Shown: positions 1 through 16,574, numbered from the stretch's first letter. The stretch: 64,000 nt of DNA from Escherichia coli (GCF_044647545.1 NZ_CP172818.1); one strand, 5' to 3'. The notes: generated by a model not told the origin, from the letters alone. Program-made: numbers and translations.

Positions 1-286
1 GCAGCATCTCAACGAACTGACCTTACTGCGCCAGGCACGCCAGGTGGGCTTTAACCTGGAGGAGAGCGGCGAACTGGTGAATCTGTTTAACGATCCGCAG
101 CGTCATAGTGCCGACGTCAAACGTCGTACGCTGGAGAAGGTGGCGGAGATCGAACGGCATATCGAAGAACTGCAATCCATGCGCAACCAGCTACTGGCGC
201 TGGCGAATGCCTGCCCTGGCGATGACAGCGCCGACTGCCCGATTATCGAAAATCTCTCCGGCTGCTGTCATCATCGGGCGGGGTGA
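1..286 (+). CDS. cueR: Cu(I)-responsive MerR-family regulator CueR, C-terminal part (5-prime end outside window)
   Basis: Open frame reaches window start; C-terminal [14 protein letters not shown] metal-binding tail; followed by ybbJ-qmcA as in E. coli. Confidence 0.8.
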   Translation, partial: QHLNELTLLRQARQVGFNLEESGELVNLFNDPQRHSADVKRRTLEKVAEIERHIEELQSMRNQLLALANACPGDDSADCPIIENLSGCCHHRAG

Positions 287-756
287 TTAAAAGAAAAAAA
301 GGCGATGACCGCACGGATAATCAGCGTTATCCCTTCTATCGCAATCACCTCAACATGCGTACCTGCACTGAGATCCTCGCTGGCGCTGACAGGCCATGAA
401 CTGTCACCGACGCGCATATGACCACGCCCGTTGACCAGCGGAGATTCCAGAACAAAACGTCGGCCAATCAACTGCTGCCCGCGCTGGTTTAAATGACTGT
501 CGCTGTGCTTTTGTTCGCGCACCCGCCGCGACAACCATTTCCACCACAGCCAGGCGGCGAGCAGCGTCAGGACGGCAAACATTACCCCTTGCCACTCCCA
601 ACCCAGCGGCAGCAACCAGACCACCAGACCGGTAATCACCGCTGCCACGCCGCTCCACAACAGATAACCATTGCCGCCCAACATCTCGGCTGCCAGCAGC
701 AAACCGCCGAGACTTAGCCAGAAAATATGTGGATGAACGACCATTAACTCCATCAT
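271..756 (-). CDS. ybbJ: NfeD-like inner membrane protein
   Basis: 161-codon ORF, hydrophobic N-terminus; start overlaps qmcA stop (operon). Confidence 0.8.
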   Translation of the reverse strand: MMELMVVHPHIFWLSLGGLLLAAEMLGGNGYLLWSGVAAVITGLVVWLLPLGWEWQGVMFAVLTLLAAWLWWKWLSRRVREQKHSDSHLNQRGQQLIGRRFVLESPLVNGRGHMRVGDSSWPVSASEDLSAGTHVEVIAIEGITLIIRAVIAFFSFNHPAR

Positions 757-1670
757 GGCTGAGTCCGTTTGTTGGCGCTGTCTTTCACCAGCTCGGCAAT
801 CCCGGCAATCGACCCCATCAGGCTGCTGGCCTCTAATGGCATCATCACTACTTTGCTGTTACTGGACGAACCGATCTGCTGTAACGCTTCGGTGTATTTC
901 TGTGCGACGAAGTAGTTCACCGCCTGAATATCACCGGAGGCAATGGCTTCAGATACCATTTTGGTGGCGCGGGCTTCTGCTTCGGCAGAACGTTCACGCG
1001 CTTCGGCCTGTAAGAATGCCGATTGACGTTCACCTTCCGCTTTCAGGATTTGCGACTGTTTTTCACCTTCAGCTTTGAGGATTTCCGCCTGACGGATCCC
1101 TTCCGCTTCAAGGATGTAAGCGCGTTTGGTACGTTCCGCTTTCATCTGCGCGTTCATTGAAGAGATAAGCTCTGCCGGTGGGCGCACGTCGCGAATTTCA
1201 ATACGGGTGACTTTAATCCCCCACGGGTTGGTGGCTTCATCGACAATACGCAGCAGGCGTGAGTTGATGCTGTCGCGCTGAGAGAGCATTTCGTCAAGTT
1301 CCATTGAACCCAGCACGGTACGGATGTTAGTCATGGTCAGGTTGATGATCGCCAGCTCCAGATTGCTGACTTCATAAGCCGCGCGCGGCGCGTCAATCAC
1401 CTGAATAAAGCACACGGCGTCGATGGTAACGTTGGCGTTATCTTTCGAGATAACTTCCTGGGAAGGGATATCGAGCACTTGCTCCATCATATTGATCTTG
1501 CGACCAATGCGATCCATAAACGGCACCACCAGACTGAGCCCCGGCTGTAACGTTTTGGTATAGCGACCAAAACGTTCTACTGTCCACTGATAGCCCTGCG
1601 GCACGATTTTGACGCCCGCGCCGACAATGACCAGCGCGACAAAAATGAGAATCGGGATAAAGATAAGCAT
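753..1670 (-). CDS. qmcA: SPFH/stomatin-family membrane protease modulator QmcA
   Basis: 305 aa ORF with N-terminal TM helix and SPFH domain plus charged coiled-coil tail. Confidence 0.9.
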   Translation of the reverse strand: MLIFIPILIFVALVIVGAGVKIVPQGYQWTVERFGRYTKTLQPGLSLVVPFMDRIGRKINMMEQVLDIPSQEVISKDNANVTIDAVCFIQVIDAPRAAYEVSNLELAIINLTMTNIRTVLGSMELDEMLSQRDSINSRLLRIVDEATNPWGIKVTRIEIRDVRPPAELISSMNAQMKAERTKRAYILEAEGIRQAEILKAEGEKQSQILKAEGERQSAFLQAEARERSAEAEARATKMVSEAIASGDIQAVNYFVAQKYTEALQQIGSSSNSKVVMMPLEASSLMGSIAGIAELVKDSANKRTQP

Positions 1671-1812
1671 CGGAAAAACCTCCTGTTGTACCGTCCATAA
1701 TCAGCAAAATTGCTGCTTGATTAAACAAATTATACCTGATTACTGAAAGAGAGTTCCCCCTTATTCCTGCGAAGGATAAACTGTTTTTAGTAAAAATCAG
1801 AAAAAGGGAACA

Positions 1813-2493
1813 GTGATGCAGGAAAATAGTCCTTTGCTTCAGCTACAAAACGTAGGATATCTGGCGGGTGATGCGAAGATTCTTAATAACATCAATTTTT
1901 CGCTGCGTGCTGGCGAATTTAAGTTAATTACCGGTCCTTCTGGTTGTGGCAAAAGTACGCTGCTAAAAATAGTTGCTTCATTGATCAGCCCAACCAGCGG
2001 AACGTTACTGTTTGAAGGTGAGGATGTCAGCACACTAAAGCCAGAAATCTACCGCCAGCAAGTCTCTTATTGCGCCCAGACGCCGACGCTGTTTGGCGAC
2101 ACGGTATACGATAATCTGATCTTTCCTTGGCAGATCCGTAACCAGCAGCCTGACCCAGCCATTTTTCTCGATTTTCTCGAACGCTTCGCCTTACCGGACA
2201 CCATTTTGACGAAGAATATCGCCGAGCTATCTGGTGGGGAAAAACAACGCATCTCATTGATTCGTAACCTGCAATTTATGCCGAAGGTTTTATTGCTGGA
2301 TGAAATAACCAGTGCGCTGGACGAAAGTAATAAACATAACGTTAATGAGATGATCCACCGTTATGTGCGCGAGCAAAATATTGCCGTGCTGTGGGTGACA
2401 CACGATAAAGACGAAATTAATCATGCGGATAAAGTGATTACACTGCAACCGCATGCCGGAGAAATGCAGGAAGCACGCTATGAACTCGCATAA
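1813..2493 (+). CDS. fetA: ABC transporter ATP-binding protein FetA
   Basis: Walker A GPSGCGKST and LSGGEKQR signature motifs. Confidence 0.85.
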   Translation: MMQENSPLLQLQNVGYLAGDAKILNNINFSLRAGEFKLITGPSGCGKSTLLKIVASLISPTSGTLLFEGEDVSTLKPEIYRQQVSYCAQTPTLFGDTVYDNLIFPWQIRNQQPDPAIFLDFLERFALPDTILTKNIAELSGGEKQRISLIRNLQFMPKVLLLDEITSALDESNKHNVNEMIHRYVREQNIAVLWVTHDKDEINHADKVITLQPHAGEMQEARYELA

Positions 2494-3259
2494 TATTACT
2501 AACGAATCATTAGCACTGGCATTGATGCTGGTGGTGGTGGCAATCTTAATTAGCCATAAAGAAAAACTGGCGCTGGAGAAAGATATTCTCTGGAGCGTCG
2601 GGCGCGCGATAATCCAGCTGATTATTGTCGGCTATGTGCTGAAGTATATTTTCAGCGTGGATGATGCCAGCCTGACATTATTGATGGTGTTATTTATCTG
2701 CTTTAATGCGGCGTGGAATGCGCAAAAACGCAGTAAATATATTGCTAAAGCTTTTATCTCATCGTTTATTGCCATTACGGTCGGGGCGGGAATTACCCTG
2801 GCGGTGCTGATTCTCTCAGGGTCGATTGAATTTATCCCGATGCAGGTGATCCCTATCGCCGGGATGATAGCCGGTAACGCCATGGTAGCGGTGGGGTTGT
2901 GTTACAACAATTTAGGGCAACGGGTGATTAGCGAACAGCAACAGATTCAGGAGAAACTGAGTCTTGGCGCGACGCCGAAACAGGCTTCAGCGATATTGAT
3001 TCGCGACAGTATTCGCGCTGCTTTAATTCCGACGGTCGATTCAGCAAAAACGGTAGGCTTAGTGAGTTTACCAGGAATGATGTCCGGGCTGATATTTGCC
3101 GGGATTGATCCGGTGAAGGCGATTAAATATCAGATTATGGTGACCTTTATGCTGCTCTCAACCGCCAGCCTGTCGACCATTATTGCCTGCTATTTAACCT
3201 ATCGTAAGTTTTACAATTCGCGCCACCAGTTGGTGGTGACGCAATTGAAGAAGAAATGA
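2480..3259 (+). CDS. fetB: ABC transporter permease FetB
   Basis: Polytopic membrane ORF overlapping fetA 3-prime end; start chosen at MNSHNIT. Confidence 0.8.
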   Translation: MNSHNITNESLALALMLVVVAILISHKEKLALEKDILWSVGRAIIQLIIVGYVLKYIFSVDDASLTLLMVLFICFNAAWNAQKRSKYIAKAFISSFIAITVGAGITLAVLILSGSIEFIPMQVIPIAGMIAGNAMVAVGLCYNNLGQRVISEQQQIQEKLSLGATPKQASAILIRDSIRAALIPTVDSAKTVGLVSLPGMMSGLIFAGIDPVKAIKYQIMVTFMLLSTASLSTIIACYLTYRKFYNSRHQLVVTQLKKK

Positions 3260-3265
3260 TGCAAT

Positions 3266-3291
3266 GCCGGATGCGCAGCATCGCATCCGGC
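3266..3291. terminator. REP-like GC hairpin between convergent fetB and ybbN
   Basis: Inverted repeat GCCGGATGCG/CGCATCCGGC with 6-nt loop. Confidence 0.4.
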
Positions 3292-3321
3292 GTTGTGGTT
3301 CATGTGCCGATCAACGGAAAC

Positions 3322-4218
<897 letters not shown>

Positions 4219-4236
4219 TTAAGCGCGCGCTTCAAC

Positions 4237-5046
4237 TCACCCCTGCAATATTTTGTCCATCACGCGCCCCGGCAGCAGGCGCTTAAGCACCATTACTGCC
4301 CAGGTCACCAGCGTTACCGGATAGCGCATCTTCGGCTTCTCGCTAATAAAAGCATGGCGCACTTTGTCGACCACCGCTTCCGGTCCTAACGTAAAGCGGG
4401 CGGCGATGCCGGGATTTTCGACTGGTTTATCACTTTGCGTCTGGTTGACGTTGTCGGTGAAGCGAGTACGAATGGGACCAGGTTCGATCAGGCTGACTTT
4501 AATTCCGCTGTGGCGCAGCTCCATGCGCAGTGCGTCTGACCACGCCTCCAGCGCATATTTACTGGCCGCGTAAGCGCCACGACCCGGTGTGGAGATTAAT
4601 CCCATCACCGATGAGGTCATCACAATACGCCCTTCACCGTGCGGCAACATCGCGGGTAACAGGCGCATGGTGAGCTGGTGTGCGCCGAAAAAGTTGGCGG
4701 AAAACTGCTGTTCCATCTGCGCACGGCTGATGGTGGAAAGGGGGCCATACATGCCGAATCCGGCATTGTTAAAGATCCCATACAGACAATTATCGGTCAG
4801 GGCGATCACTTCGTCGGCTGCGCGATCAACACATTCTGGCGAATCCAGATCGATCAACACGCCGGTAAATCCCATGCTGTTCATGCGCTCAACATCATCC
4901 GCTTTCCGGCAACCTGCCAGCACATGAAAACCCTGGCGTTTTAATTCGAGCGCGCTTTCCAGGCCAATTCCACTGGAACATCCGGTAATTAAGACCGATT
5001 TTTGCATAACTTTACCTGTCAGGATCTCCGTTGCTTTATGAGTCAT
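4237..5046 (-). CDS. ybbO: Short-chain dehydrogenase/reductase YbbO
   Basis: TGCSSGIG Rossmann motif and YAASK catalytic motif. Confidence 0.85.
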   Translation of the reverse strand: MTHKATEILTGKVMQKSVLITGCSSGIGLESALELKRQGFHVLAGCRKADDVERMNSMGFTGVLIDLDSPECVDRAADEVIALTDNCLYGIFNNAGFGMYGPLSTISRAQMEQQFSANFFGAHQLTMRLLPAMLPHGEGRIVMTSSVMGLISTPGRGAYAASKYALEAWSDALRMELRHSGIKVSLIEPGPIRTRFTDNVNQTQSDKPVENPGIAARFTLGPEAVVDKVRHAFISEKPKMRYPVTLVTWAVMVLKRLLPGRVMDKILQG

Positions 5047-5662
5047 GATTTACTAAAGGCTGCAACTGCTTCGCCATCCAGTCGGCAATAAACGGCTGGG
5101 CGTCGCGGTTGGGATGAATACCGTCATCCTGCATCCATTGTGGTTTGAGGTAGACCTCTTCCATAAAAAAGGGCAGCAGCGGAACATCAAACTCTTTGGC
5201 GAGTTTGGGGTAAATGGCGCTAAAGGCTTCATTATAACGGCGACCATAGTTTGCAGGCAGACGTATTTGCATTAACAATGGTTCAGCGTTGGTGGCTTTG
5301 ACCTCCTGCAAAATCTGGCGCAGCGTTTGCTCGGTTTGTTGTGGCTGAAAACCACGCAAACCGTCATTGCCGCCCAGTTCAACCAGCACCCAACGCGGCT
5401 GATGCTGTTTCAGCAGAGCCGGAAGGCGCGCCAGCCCTTGTTGCGAGGTGTCGCCGCTGATGCTGGCATTGACTACCGACGTTTTACTCTGCCACTTATC
5501 ATTCAACAAGGCAGGCCAGGCCGCGCTGGCAGACATTCGATACCCGGCGCTCAGGCTATCACCCAGAATCAATAACGTGTCCGCTGCAGCGGCACGGAAG
5601 GTTAACAGGACCAGGAACAGGAAGGGCAAATGCCAGCGGAAAACATTGTTGAAGTTCATCAT
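5036..5662 (-). CDS. tesA: Acyl-CoA thioesterase I / lysophospholipase L1 TesA (SGNH hydrolase)
   Basis: Signal peptide then GDSLSAGY SGNH motif; start chosen at MMNFNN. Confidence 0.9.
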   Translation of the reverse strand: MMNFNNVFRWHLPFLFLVLLTFRAAAADTLLILGDSLSAGYRMSASAAWPALLNDKWQSKTSVVNASISGDTSQQGLARLPALLKQHQPRWVLVELGGNDGLRGFQPQQTEQTLRQILQEVKATNAEPLLMQIRLPANYGRRYNEAFSAIYPKLAKEFDVPLLPFFMEEVYLKPQWMQDDGIHPNRDAQPFIADWMAKQLQPLVNHDS

Positions 5663-6312
5663 CTTAAGAAGTCCGTCGGTCAGGGGGAGCATGAACTCTC
5701 CATCCTCACCGGAGTTGAGCTGGTTGTCAAACGTGGCGAGACCATCGCGCTGGTGGGCGAGTCGGGATCGGGTAAGTCAACCTTGCTGGCGATCCTCGCC
5801 GGGCTGGATGACGGCAGCAGTGGCGAAGTAAATCTGGTGGGACAACCGCTACATAATATGGACGAAGAAGCGCGGGCAAAGTTACGCGCGAAGCACGTAG
5901 GTTTTGTTTTTCAGTCATTTATGTTAATTCCTACCCTTAACGCGCTGGAAAACGTCGAGCTTCCGGCGCTGCTGCGCGGTGAAAGTAGCGTGGAAAGTCG
6001 TAACGGGGCAAAAGCGTTGCTCGAACAGTTAGGACTGGGTAAACGTCTGGATCATCTTCCGGCACAGCTTTCCGGCGGCGAACAGCAACGAGTGGCGCTG
6101 GCGCGAGCTTTTAATGGTCGGCCTGATGTGCTGTTTGCCGACGAACCCACCGGCAATCTTGACCGCCAGACGGGCGATAAAATTGCCGACCTGCTGTTTT
6201 CCCTCAACCGTGAACATGGCACCACGTTGATTATGGTGACCCACGACCTGCAACTGGCGGCACGCTGCGACCGCTGCTTACGGCTGGTGAACGGGCAGTT
6301 GCAGGAGGAAGC

Positions 6313-6316
<4 letters not shown>
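5630..6316 (+). CDS. ybbA: ABC transporter ATP-binding protein YbbA
   Basis: Walker A GESGSGKST and LSGGEQQR motifs; divergent from tesA. Confidence 0.85.
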
Positions 6317-10182
<3,866 letters not shown>

Positions 10183-10235
10183 TCAAATCAGCTTGCGCGC
10201 TATTTTACGCGCCAACGCGCAAGGAAACTTGATTT

Positions 10236-11162
10236 TTAACTGCGTGGGTTGCCGAAAATTTCTAAAAATCCGCTGATTTCCGGCCTGCGCTGGGTAAACA
10301 AGGTCACAATATCTTCTATCGCTTTGCCGCTGCCAAATTTGCGCCATGCCAGACTCAATGGTGAAGGAGGGCGCATCGTTGGGATTACCCGGCTGACCAG
10401 TTGTTGATTATCGATCATTGACTGGCAAAGTGATTTTGGCAAAAAACCAATGCCAACGCCCGCCAGATGGGCGGCGATTTTCGTTTCCATATCGGGAACA
10501 ATAATCTCTTTTTGCCCCGGCAATCGCCAGGCGACGCGTTTGGTTAGTGTGCGGGCGCTGTCTTCAATATTAACCGCCGGAAAGCGCCGCAACTGTGCTT
10601 CTGTTAGCGGCTCTTCAACGTTCGCCAGCGGATGATCCGCCGCCATGACAAAGCGCCATTGCACCGATCCTAAGGGATCAAGACTAAAGGTATTTGCCAG
10701 CGCCTCGGTTCCCGTGACGCCGATAGCCAGTGAAAAACCTTCGTATAATAGCGAATCCCAGACGCCCATATAGATTTGTCGGGAGATGTGAAACTGGGTA
10801 AAGGGGTAACGCTCATTCAGCCACGCCAGCAACTGGGCGACGGCCTGGGGGTTATAGAGCAGGTTGTTGATGACAATATTCACCTGGCGTTCCACGCCAT
10901 CATTCACCTGTTGCAGCTCGCTTGGCATACTTTCCAGCCAGCTCAGCCAGTCTCTGGCCTGGGAAAGTAGATGCTCGCCAGCCGCTGTCAACGTCACGCT
11001 GCGAGTCGTGCGGAAAAACAGCGCCACTCCGGTGTTCTCTTCCAGAAGTTTAATGCGATAACTGATCGTCGCCGTGGTTTTACATAATCGTTCTGCCGCT
11101 TTTGAAAAACTTCCTGTTTCAGCAACCGCAATGAAAGTCCGTAAGGTTTCTGGATCGAACAT
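10236..11162 (-). CDS. allS: LysR-family activator of allantoin catabolism AllS
   Basis: 308 aa LysR-type ORF with N-terminal HTH, divergent from allA. Confidence 0.9.
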   Translation of the reverse strand: MFDPETLRTFIAVAETGSFSKAAERLCKTTATISYRIKLLEENTGVALFFRTTRSVTLTAAGEHLLSQARDWLSWLESMPSELQQVNDGVERQVNIVINNLLYNPQAVAQLLAWLNERYPFTQFHISRQIYMGVWDSLLYEGFSLAIGVTGTEALANTFSLDPLGSVQWRFVMAADHPLANVEEPLTEAQLRRFPAVNIEDSARTLTKRVAWRLPGQKEIIVPDMETKIAAHLAGVGIGFLPKSLCQSMIDNQQLVSRVIPTMRPPSPLSLAWRKFGSGKAIEDIVTLFTQRRPEISGFLEIFGNPRS

Positions 11163-11269
11163 CTTCAGGTATCCCCTTTTAAATCCGCAAGTTGCGTGAT
11201 TTTCTTATCCTCTGATTTATCAGTATTTTTACATGATAACCCTGTTCAATTTGTGGACTAAATCTAGTT

Positions 11270-11286
11270 TTGGAAAAATATTCCAA
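11270..11286. promoter_or_regulatory. Candidate AllR operator (TTGGAAAAATATTCCAA) in allS-allA divergent promoter region
   Basis: Near-palindrome with TTGGAA/TTCCAA half-sites, same architecture as the site upstream of gcl. Confidence 0.45.
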
Positions 11287-11391
11287 CTTTTGTATTGATG
11301 TTGTTCTCTTAAGGTTTTAGATTGCCTGTTATTGAAACCAAGCTGACCGGTCGGCGGTGGTTGAACGGAATTATGTTACAAGGACAAAAAG

Positions 11392-11874
11392 ATGAAACTT
11401 CAGGTATTACCGTTAAGTCAGGAAGCCTTTAGTGCTTATGGCGACGTAATCGAAACGCAGCAACGGGATTTTTTCCATATTAACAATGGCCTGGTGGAGC
11501 GTTACCACGATTTGGCGCTGGTTGAGATTCTTGAGCAAGACCGTACGCTTATCAGCATTAACCGAGCGCAACCGGCGAATCTGCCGCTGACCATTCACGA
11601 ACTCGAACGTCATCCGCTGGGTACTCAGGCCTTTATCCCGATGAAAGGTGAAGTGTTTGTGGTAGTCGTGGCGTTAGGTGACGACAAACCAGACCTGTCA
11701 ACGCTGCGGGCGTTTATTACCAACGGTGAACAGGGGGTGAATTACCATCGTAACGTCTGGCATCACCCACTTTTCGCCTGGCAGCGCGTCACCGATTTTC
11801 TGACCATCGATCGCGGCGGCAGTGACAACTGTGATGTTGAAAGTATTCCTGAACAGGAACTCTGTTTTGCGTGA
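11392..11874 (+). CDS. allA: Ureidoglycolate lyase AllA
   Basis: 160 aa ORF, position and length match. Confidence 0.9.
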
Positions 11875-11951
11875 CGCCTGCAACCGACTTGCATAAGATA
11901 AACGAATTGTTCATTGTTTATGCTCACTTGTAGGTCGGAGTTAACGTAGGT

Positions 11952-12767
11952 ATGACGGAAGTTAGACGGCGCGGCAGGCCAGGACAGGCGGAGCCTGTGG
12001 CACAGAAGGGCGCACAGGCGTTAGAGCGGGGAATTGCGATTCTGCAATATCTGGAAAAAAGTGGGGGAAGTTCGTCGGTTAGCGATATTTCTCTCAATCT
12101 GGATTTGCCGCTCTCCACGACCTTTCGCTTGCTGAAGGTTTTACAGGCAGCGGATTTTGTCTATCAGGACAGTCAGTTAGGCTGGTGGCATATAGGATTA
12201 GGTGTCTTTAACGTCGGTGCAGCGTACATCCATAACCGCGATGTCCTCTCCGTCGCCGGGCCGTTTATGCGCCGCCTGATGTTACTTTCCGGCGAAACGG
12301 TCAATGTCGCGATCCGTAACGGCAATGAAGCAGTATTAATTGGTCAGTTAGAGTGTAAATCGATGGTCAGGATGTGTGCGCCACTGGGCAGTCGTCTGCC
12401 GCTGCATGCTTCCGGTGCGGGCAAGGCGTTGCTTTATCCGCTGGCGGAAGAGGAGTTGATGAGCATCATTCTGCAAACCGGTTTGCAGCAGTTTACGCCA
12501 ACGACGCTTGTGGATATGCCCACCTTGCTGAAGGACCTGGAACAAGCGCGTGAACTGGGCTATACCGTAGATAAAGAAGAGCATGTTGTAGGTCTGAATT
12601 GCATAGCTTCAGCAATTTACGATGATGTCGGTAGCGTTGTTGCCGCTATCTCCATCTCCGGGCCTTCATCAAGACTGACAGAAGATCGTTTTGTCAGTCA
12701 GGGTGAGCTGGTCAGAGACACCGCCCGCGATATCAGCACGGCGTTGGGACTGAAAGCACATCCATAG
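11952..12767 (+). CDS. allR: IclR-family repressor AllR
   Basis: 271 aa IclR-type ORF with N-terminal HTH. Confidence 0.9.
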
Positions 12768-12778
12768 TGTCTGTCGCA

Positions 12779-12804
12779 TCCCGCTCTGCGGAGCGGGTTT
12801 TTTT
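12779..12804 (+). terminator. Rho-independent terminator after allR
   Basis: Hairpin CCCGCTC-TGCG-GAGCGGG followed by T7 run. Confidence 0.5.
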
Positions 12805-12819
12805 GACAAAATTTGAAAG

Positions 12820-12836
12820 TTGGAAAATTTTTCCAA
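12820..12836. promoter_or_regulatory. Candidate AllR operator (TTGGAAAATTTTTCCAA) upstream of gcl
   Basis: Perfect 8-bp inverted repeat around a central T, about 20 bp upstream of gcl start. Confidence 0.5.
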
Positions 12837-12856
12837 TTAATAGAGGTAGGAATAAA

Positions 12857-14638
12857 ATGGCAAAAATGAGAGCCGTTGACGCGGCAATGTATGTGCTGGA
12901 GAAAGAAGGTATCACCACCGCCTTCGGCGTTCCGGGAGCTGCAATCAATCCGTTCTACTCAGCGATGCGTAAGCACGGCGGTATTCGTCACATTCTGGCG
13001 CGTCATGTGGAAGGTGCTTCGCACATGGCGGAAGGTTATACCCGCGCAACGGCAGGGAATATCGGCGTATGTCTGGGGACTTCCGGTCCTGCGGGCACGG
13101 ACATGATCACCGCGCTCTATTCCGCTTCTGCTGATTCCATTCCTATTCTGTGCATTACCGGCCAGGCTCCGCGCGCCCGTCTGCATAAAGAAGATTTCCA
13201 GGCCGTTGATATTGAAGCAATTGCTAAACCGGTCAGCAAAATGGCGGTTACAGTTCGTGAAGCGGCGCTGGTGCCTCGTGTGCTGCAACAGGCATTTCAC
13301 CTGATGCGTTCTGGTCGTCCGGGTCCGGTACTGGTGGATTTACCGTTCGACGTTCAGGTTGCGGAAATCGAGTTTGATCCTGACATGTACGAACCGCTGC
13401 CGGTCTACAAACCTGCTGCCAGCCGTATGCAGATCGAAAAAGCTGTAGAAATGTTAATCCAGGCCGAACGTCCGGTGATTGTTGCCGGGGGCGGGGTAAT
13501 TAATGCTGACGCAGCTGCACTGTTACAACAGTTTGCTGAACTGACCAGCGTTCCGGTGATCCCAACGCTGATGGGCTGGGGCTGTATCCCGGACGATCAT
13601 GAACTGATGGCCGGGATGGTGGGTCTGCAAACCGCGCATCGTTACGGTAATGCAACGCTGCTGGCGTCCGACATGGTGTTTGGTATCGGTAACCGTTTTG
13701 CTAACCGTCATACCGGTTCGGTAGAGAAATACACCGAAGGGCGCAAAATCGTTCATATCGATATTGAGCCGACGCAAATTGGCCGCGTGCTGTGTCCGGA
13801 TCTCGGCATTGTCTCTGATGCTAAAGCGGCGCTGACGCTGCTGGTTGAAGTGGCGCAGGAGATGCAAAAAGCGGGTCGTCTGCCGTGTCGTAAAGAATGG
13901 GTCGCCGACTGCCAGCAGCGCAAACGCACTTTGCTGCGCAAAACCCATTTCGACAATGTGCCGGTGAAACCGCAGCGCGTGTATGAAGAGATGAACAAAG
14001 CCTTTGGTCGCGATGTTTGTTATGTCACCACCATTGGTCTGTCACAAATCGCTGCGGCACAAATGCTGCATGTCTTTAAAGACCGCCACTGGATCAACTG
14101 TGGGCAGGCAGGCCCGTTGGGCTGGACCATTCCGGCGGCGCTGGGCGTGTGTGCCGCTGATCCAGAGCGCAATGTGGTGGCGATTTCCGGTGACTTCGAC
14201 TTCCAGTTCCTGATTGAAGAATTAGCCGTTGGCGCACAGTTCAACATTCCGTACATCCATGTACTGGTCAATAACGCCTATCTCGGTCTGATTCGCCAGT
14301 CGCAGCGCGCGTTTGATATGGATTACTGCGTACAGCTCGCGTTCGAAAATATTAACTCCAGCGAAGTGAACGGTTACGGCGTCGACCACGTAAAAGTAGC
14401 GGAAGGTTTAGGTTGTAAAGCGATTCGCGTTTTCAAACCGGAAGATATTGCACCGGCCTTTGAACAGGCGAAAGCCTTAATGGCGCAATATCGGGTACCG
14501 GTAGTCGTGGAAGTTATTCTCGAGCGTGTGACCAATATTTCGATGGGCAGCGAACTGGATAACGTCATGGAATTTGAAGATATCGCCTATAACGCAGTGG
14601 ACGCACCGACTGAAACCTGCTTCATGCACTATGAATAA
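12857..14638 (+). CDS. gcl: Glyoxylate carboligase (ThDP enzyme)
   Basis: 593 aa from [16 protein letters not shown]; ThDP-binding fold. Confidence 0.95.
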   Translation: MAKMRAVDAAMYVLEKEGITTAFGVPGAAINPFYSAMRKHGGIRHILARHVEGASHMAEGYTRATAGNIGVCLGTSGPAGTDMITALYSASADSIPILCITGQAPRARLHKEDFQAVDIEAIAKPVSKMAVTVREAALVPRVLQQAFHLMRSGRPGPVLVDLPFDVQVAEIEFDPDMYEPLPVYKPAASRMQIEKAVEMLIQAERPVIVAGGGVINADAAALLQQFAELTSVPVIPTLMGWGCIPDDHELMAGMVGLQTAHRYGNATLLASDMVFGIGNRFANRHTGSVEKYTEGRKIVHIDIEPTQIGRVLCPDLGIVSDAKAALTLLVEVAQEMQKAGRLPCRKEWVADCQQRKRTLLRKTHFDNVPVKPQRVYEEMNKAFGRDVCYVTTIGLSQIAAAQMLHVFKDRHWINCGQAGPLGWTIPAALGVCAADPERNVVAISGDFDFQFLIEELAVGAQFNIPYIHVLVNNAYLGLIRQSQRAFDMDYCVQLAFENINSSEVNGYGVDHVKVAEGLGCKAIRVFKPEDIAPAFEQAKALMAQYRVPVVVEVILERVTNISMGSELDNVMEFEDIAYNAVDAPTETCFMHYE

Positions 14639-14650
14639 GGGAGATAAATA

Positions 14651-15427
14651 ATGTTACGTTTCTCTGCTAATTTATCGATGTTATTTGGTGAATATGATTT
14701 TCTCGCCCGTTTTGAGAAAGCTGCGCAGTGTGGTTTTCGCGGCGTTGAATTTATGTTCCCTTATGACTACGACATTGAAGAATTAAAACAGGTGCTGGCG
14801 AGTAATAAACTCGAACATACGCTGCACAATTTACCGGCAGGTGACTGGGCGGCGGGCGAGCGGGGTATTGCTTGTATTCCTGGCCGTGAAGAAGAGTTTC
14901 GGGATGGCGTAGCAGCAGCGATTCGTTATGCTCGTGCGCTGGGTAATAAAAAAATTAACTGTCTGGTCGGTAAAACGCCGACTGGTTTCAGCAGTGAACA
15001 GATTCACGCAACGCTTGTAGAAAACCTGCGTTATGCCGCGAATATGCTGATGAAAGAAGATATCTTATTACTGATTGAACCTATCAACCATTTTGATATT
15101 CCTGGTTTCCATCTCACCGGAACCCGGCAGGCACTGAAACTGATTGATGATGTTGGTTGCTGCAATTTGAAAATTCAGTATGACATTTATCATATGCAGC
15201 GGATGGAAGGTGAATTAACCAACACTATGACTCAATGGGCCGATAAAATTGGTCACCTGCAAATTGCCGATAATCCGCATCGCGGCGAACCGGGAACCGG
15301 AGAAATTAATTACGAGTATCTCTTTACGGTAATTGAAAATTCTGACTACAACGGTTGGGTTGGGTGTGAATATAAACCCCAAACCACCACGGAAGCCGGT
15401 TTACGCTGGATGGATCCGTATCGTTAA
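14651..15427 (+). CDS. hyi: Hydroxypyruvate isomerase
   Basis: 258 aa TIM-barrel isomerase ORF directly after gcl. Confidence 0.9.
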   Translation: MLRFSANLSMLFGEYDFLARFEKAAQCGFRGVEFMFPYDYDIEELKQVLASNKLEHTLHNLPAGDWAAGERGIACIPGREEEFRDGVAAAIRYARALGNKKINCLVGKTPTGFSSEQIHATLVENLRYAANMLMKEDILLLIEPINHFDIPGFHLTGTRQALKLIDDVGCCNLKIQYDIYHMQRMEGELTNTMTQWADKIGHLQIADNPHRGEPGTGEINYEYLFTVIENSDYNGWVGCEYKPQTTTEAGLRWMDPYR

Positions 15428-15526
15428 AACGTAACGCTATTCAGACAATGCTTTTTTAGGTCGCTAAGTCGGCAGGGGATCGTGTTGTCTGAATTCAGGA
15501 AAAGCGAAATTTAAAAGAGGTTAATT

Positions 15527-16405
15527 ATGAAACTGGGATTTATTGGCTTAGGCATTATGGGTACACCGATGGCCATTAATCTGGCGCGTGCCGGTCATCA
15601 ACTGCATGTCACAACCATTGGTCCGGTTGCTGATGAATTACTGTCACTGGGTGCCGTCAGCGTTGAAACTGCGCGCCAGGTAACGGAAGCATCGGACATC
15701 ATTTTTATTATGGTGCCGGATACGCCACAGGTTGAAGAAGTTCTGTTTGGTGAAAATGGTTGTACCAAAGCCTCGTTGAAGGGCAAAACCATTGTTGATA
15801 TGAGCTCCATTTCCCCGATCGAAACTAAACGTTTCGCTCGTCAGGTGAATGAACTGGGCGGTGATTATCTCGATGCGCCCGTCTCCGGCGGTGAAATCGG
15901 CGCGCGTGAAGGGACGTTGTCGATTATGGTTGGCGGTGACGAAGCGGTATTTGAACGTGTTAAACCGCTGTTTGAACTGCTCGGTAAAAATATCACCCTC
16001 GTGGGCGGTAACGGCGACGGTCAAACCTGCAAAGTAGCAAATCAGATTATCGTAGCGCTCAATATTGAAGCGGTTTCTGAAGCCCTGCTATTTGCTTCAA
16101 AAGCCGGAGCGGATCTGGTACGTGTGCGCCAGGCGCTGATGGGCGGCTTTGCTTCCTCACGTATTCTGGAAGTTCACGGTGAGCGCATGATTAAACGCAC
16201 CTTTAATCCAGGTTTTAAAATTGCGCTGCACCAGAAAGATCTCAACCTGGCACTGCAAAGTGCGAAAGCACTGGCGCTGAACCTGCCAAACACCGCGACC
16301 TGCCAGGAATTGTTTAATACCTGTGCGGCAAACGGTGGCAGCCAGTTGGATCACTCTGCGTTAGTGCAGGCGCTGGAATTAATGGCTAACCATAAACTGG
16401 CCTGA
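15527..16405 (+). CDS. glxR: Tartronate semialdehyde reductase
   Basis: GFIGLGIMG NAD-binding motif, 292 aa. Confidence 0.9.
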   Translation: MKLGFIGLGIMGTPMAINLARAGHQLHVTTIGPVADELLSLGAVSVETARQVTEASDIIFIMVPDTPQVEEVLFGENGCTKASLKGKTIVDMSSISPIETKRFARQVNELGGDYLDAPVSGGEIGAREGTLSIMVGGDEAVFERVKPLFELLGKNITLVGGNGDGQTCKVANQIIVALNIEAVSEALLFASKAGADLVRVRQALMGGFASSRILEVHGERMIKRTFNPGFKIALHQKDLNLALQSAKALALNLPNTATCQELFNTCAANGGSQLDHSALVQALELMANHKLA

Positions 16406-16574
16406 TACCCGCAATAAAAATGGCCGATATCAGAAAATGAATCGGCCAGCAATATTAAAAAAAGAAAGCAGCCAAAGATGTTGCTTCAGTATTAAAAATA
16501 ATATTTTTATTTTATTTGTTCCTCATAGCTAGATTAAAAAGACGTTATTCGATACGTGAAATTAAGAGGGATTT

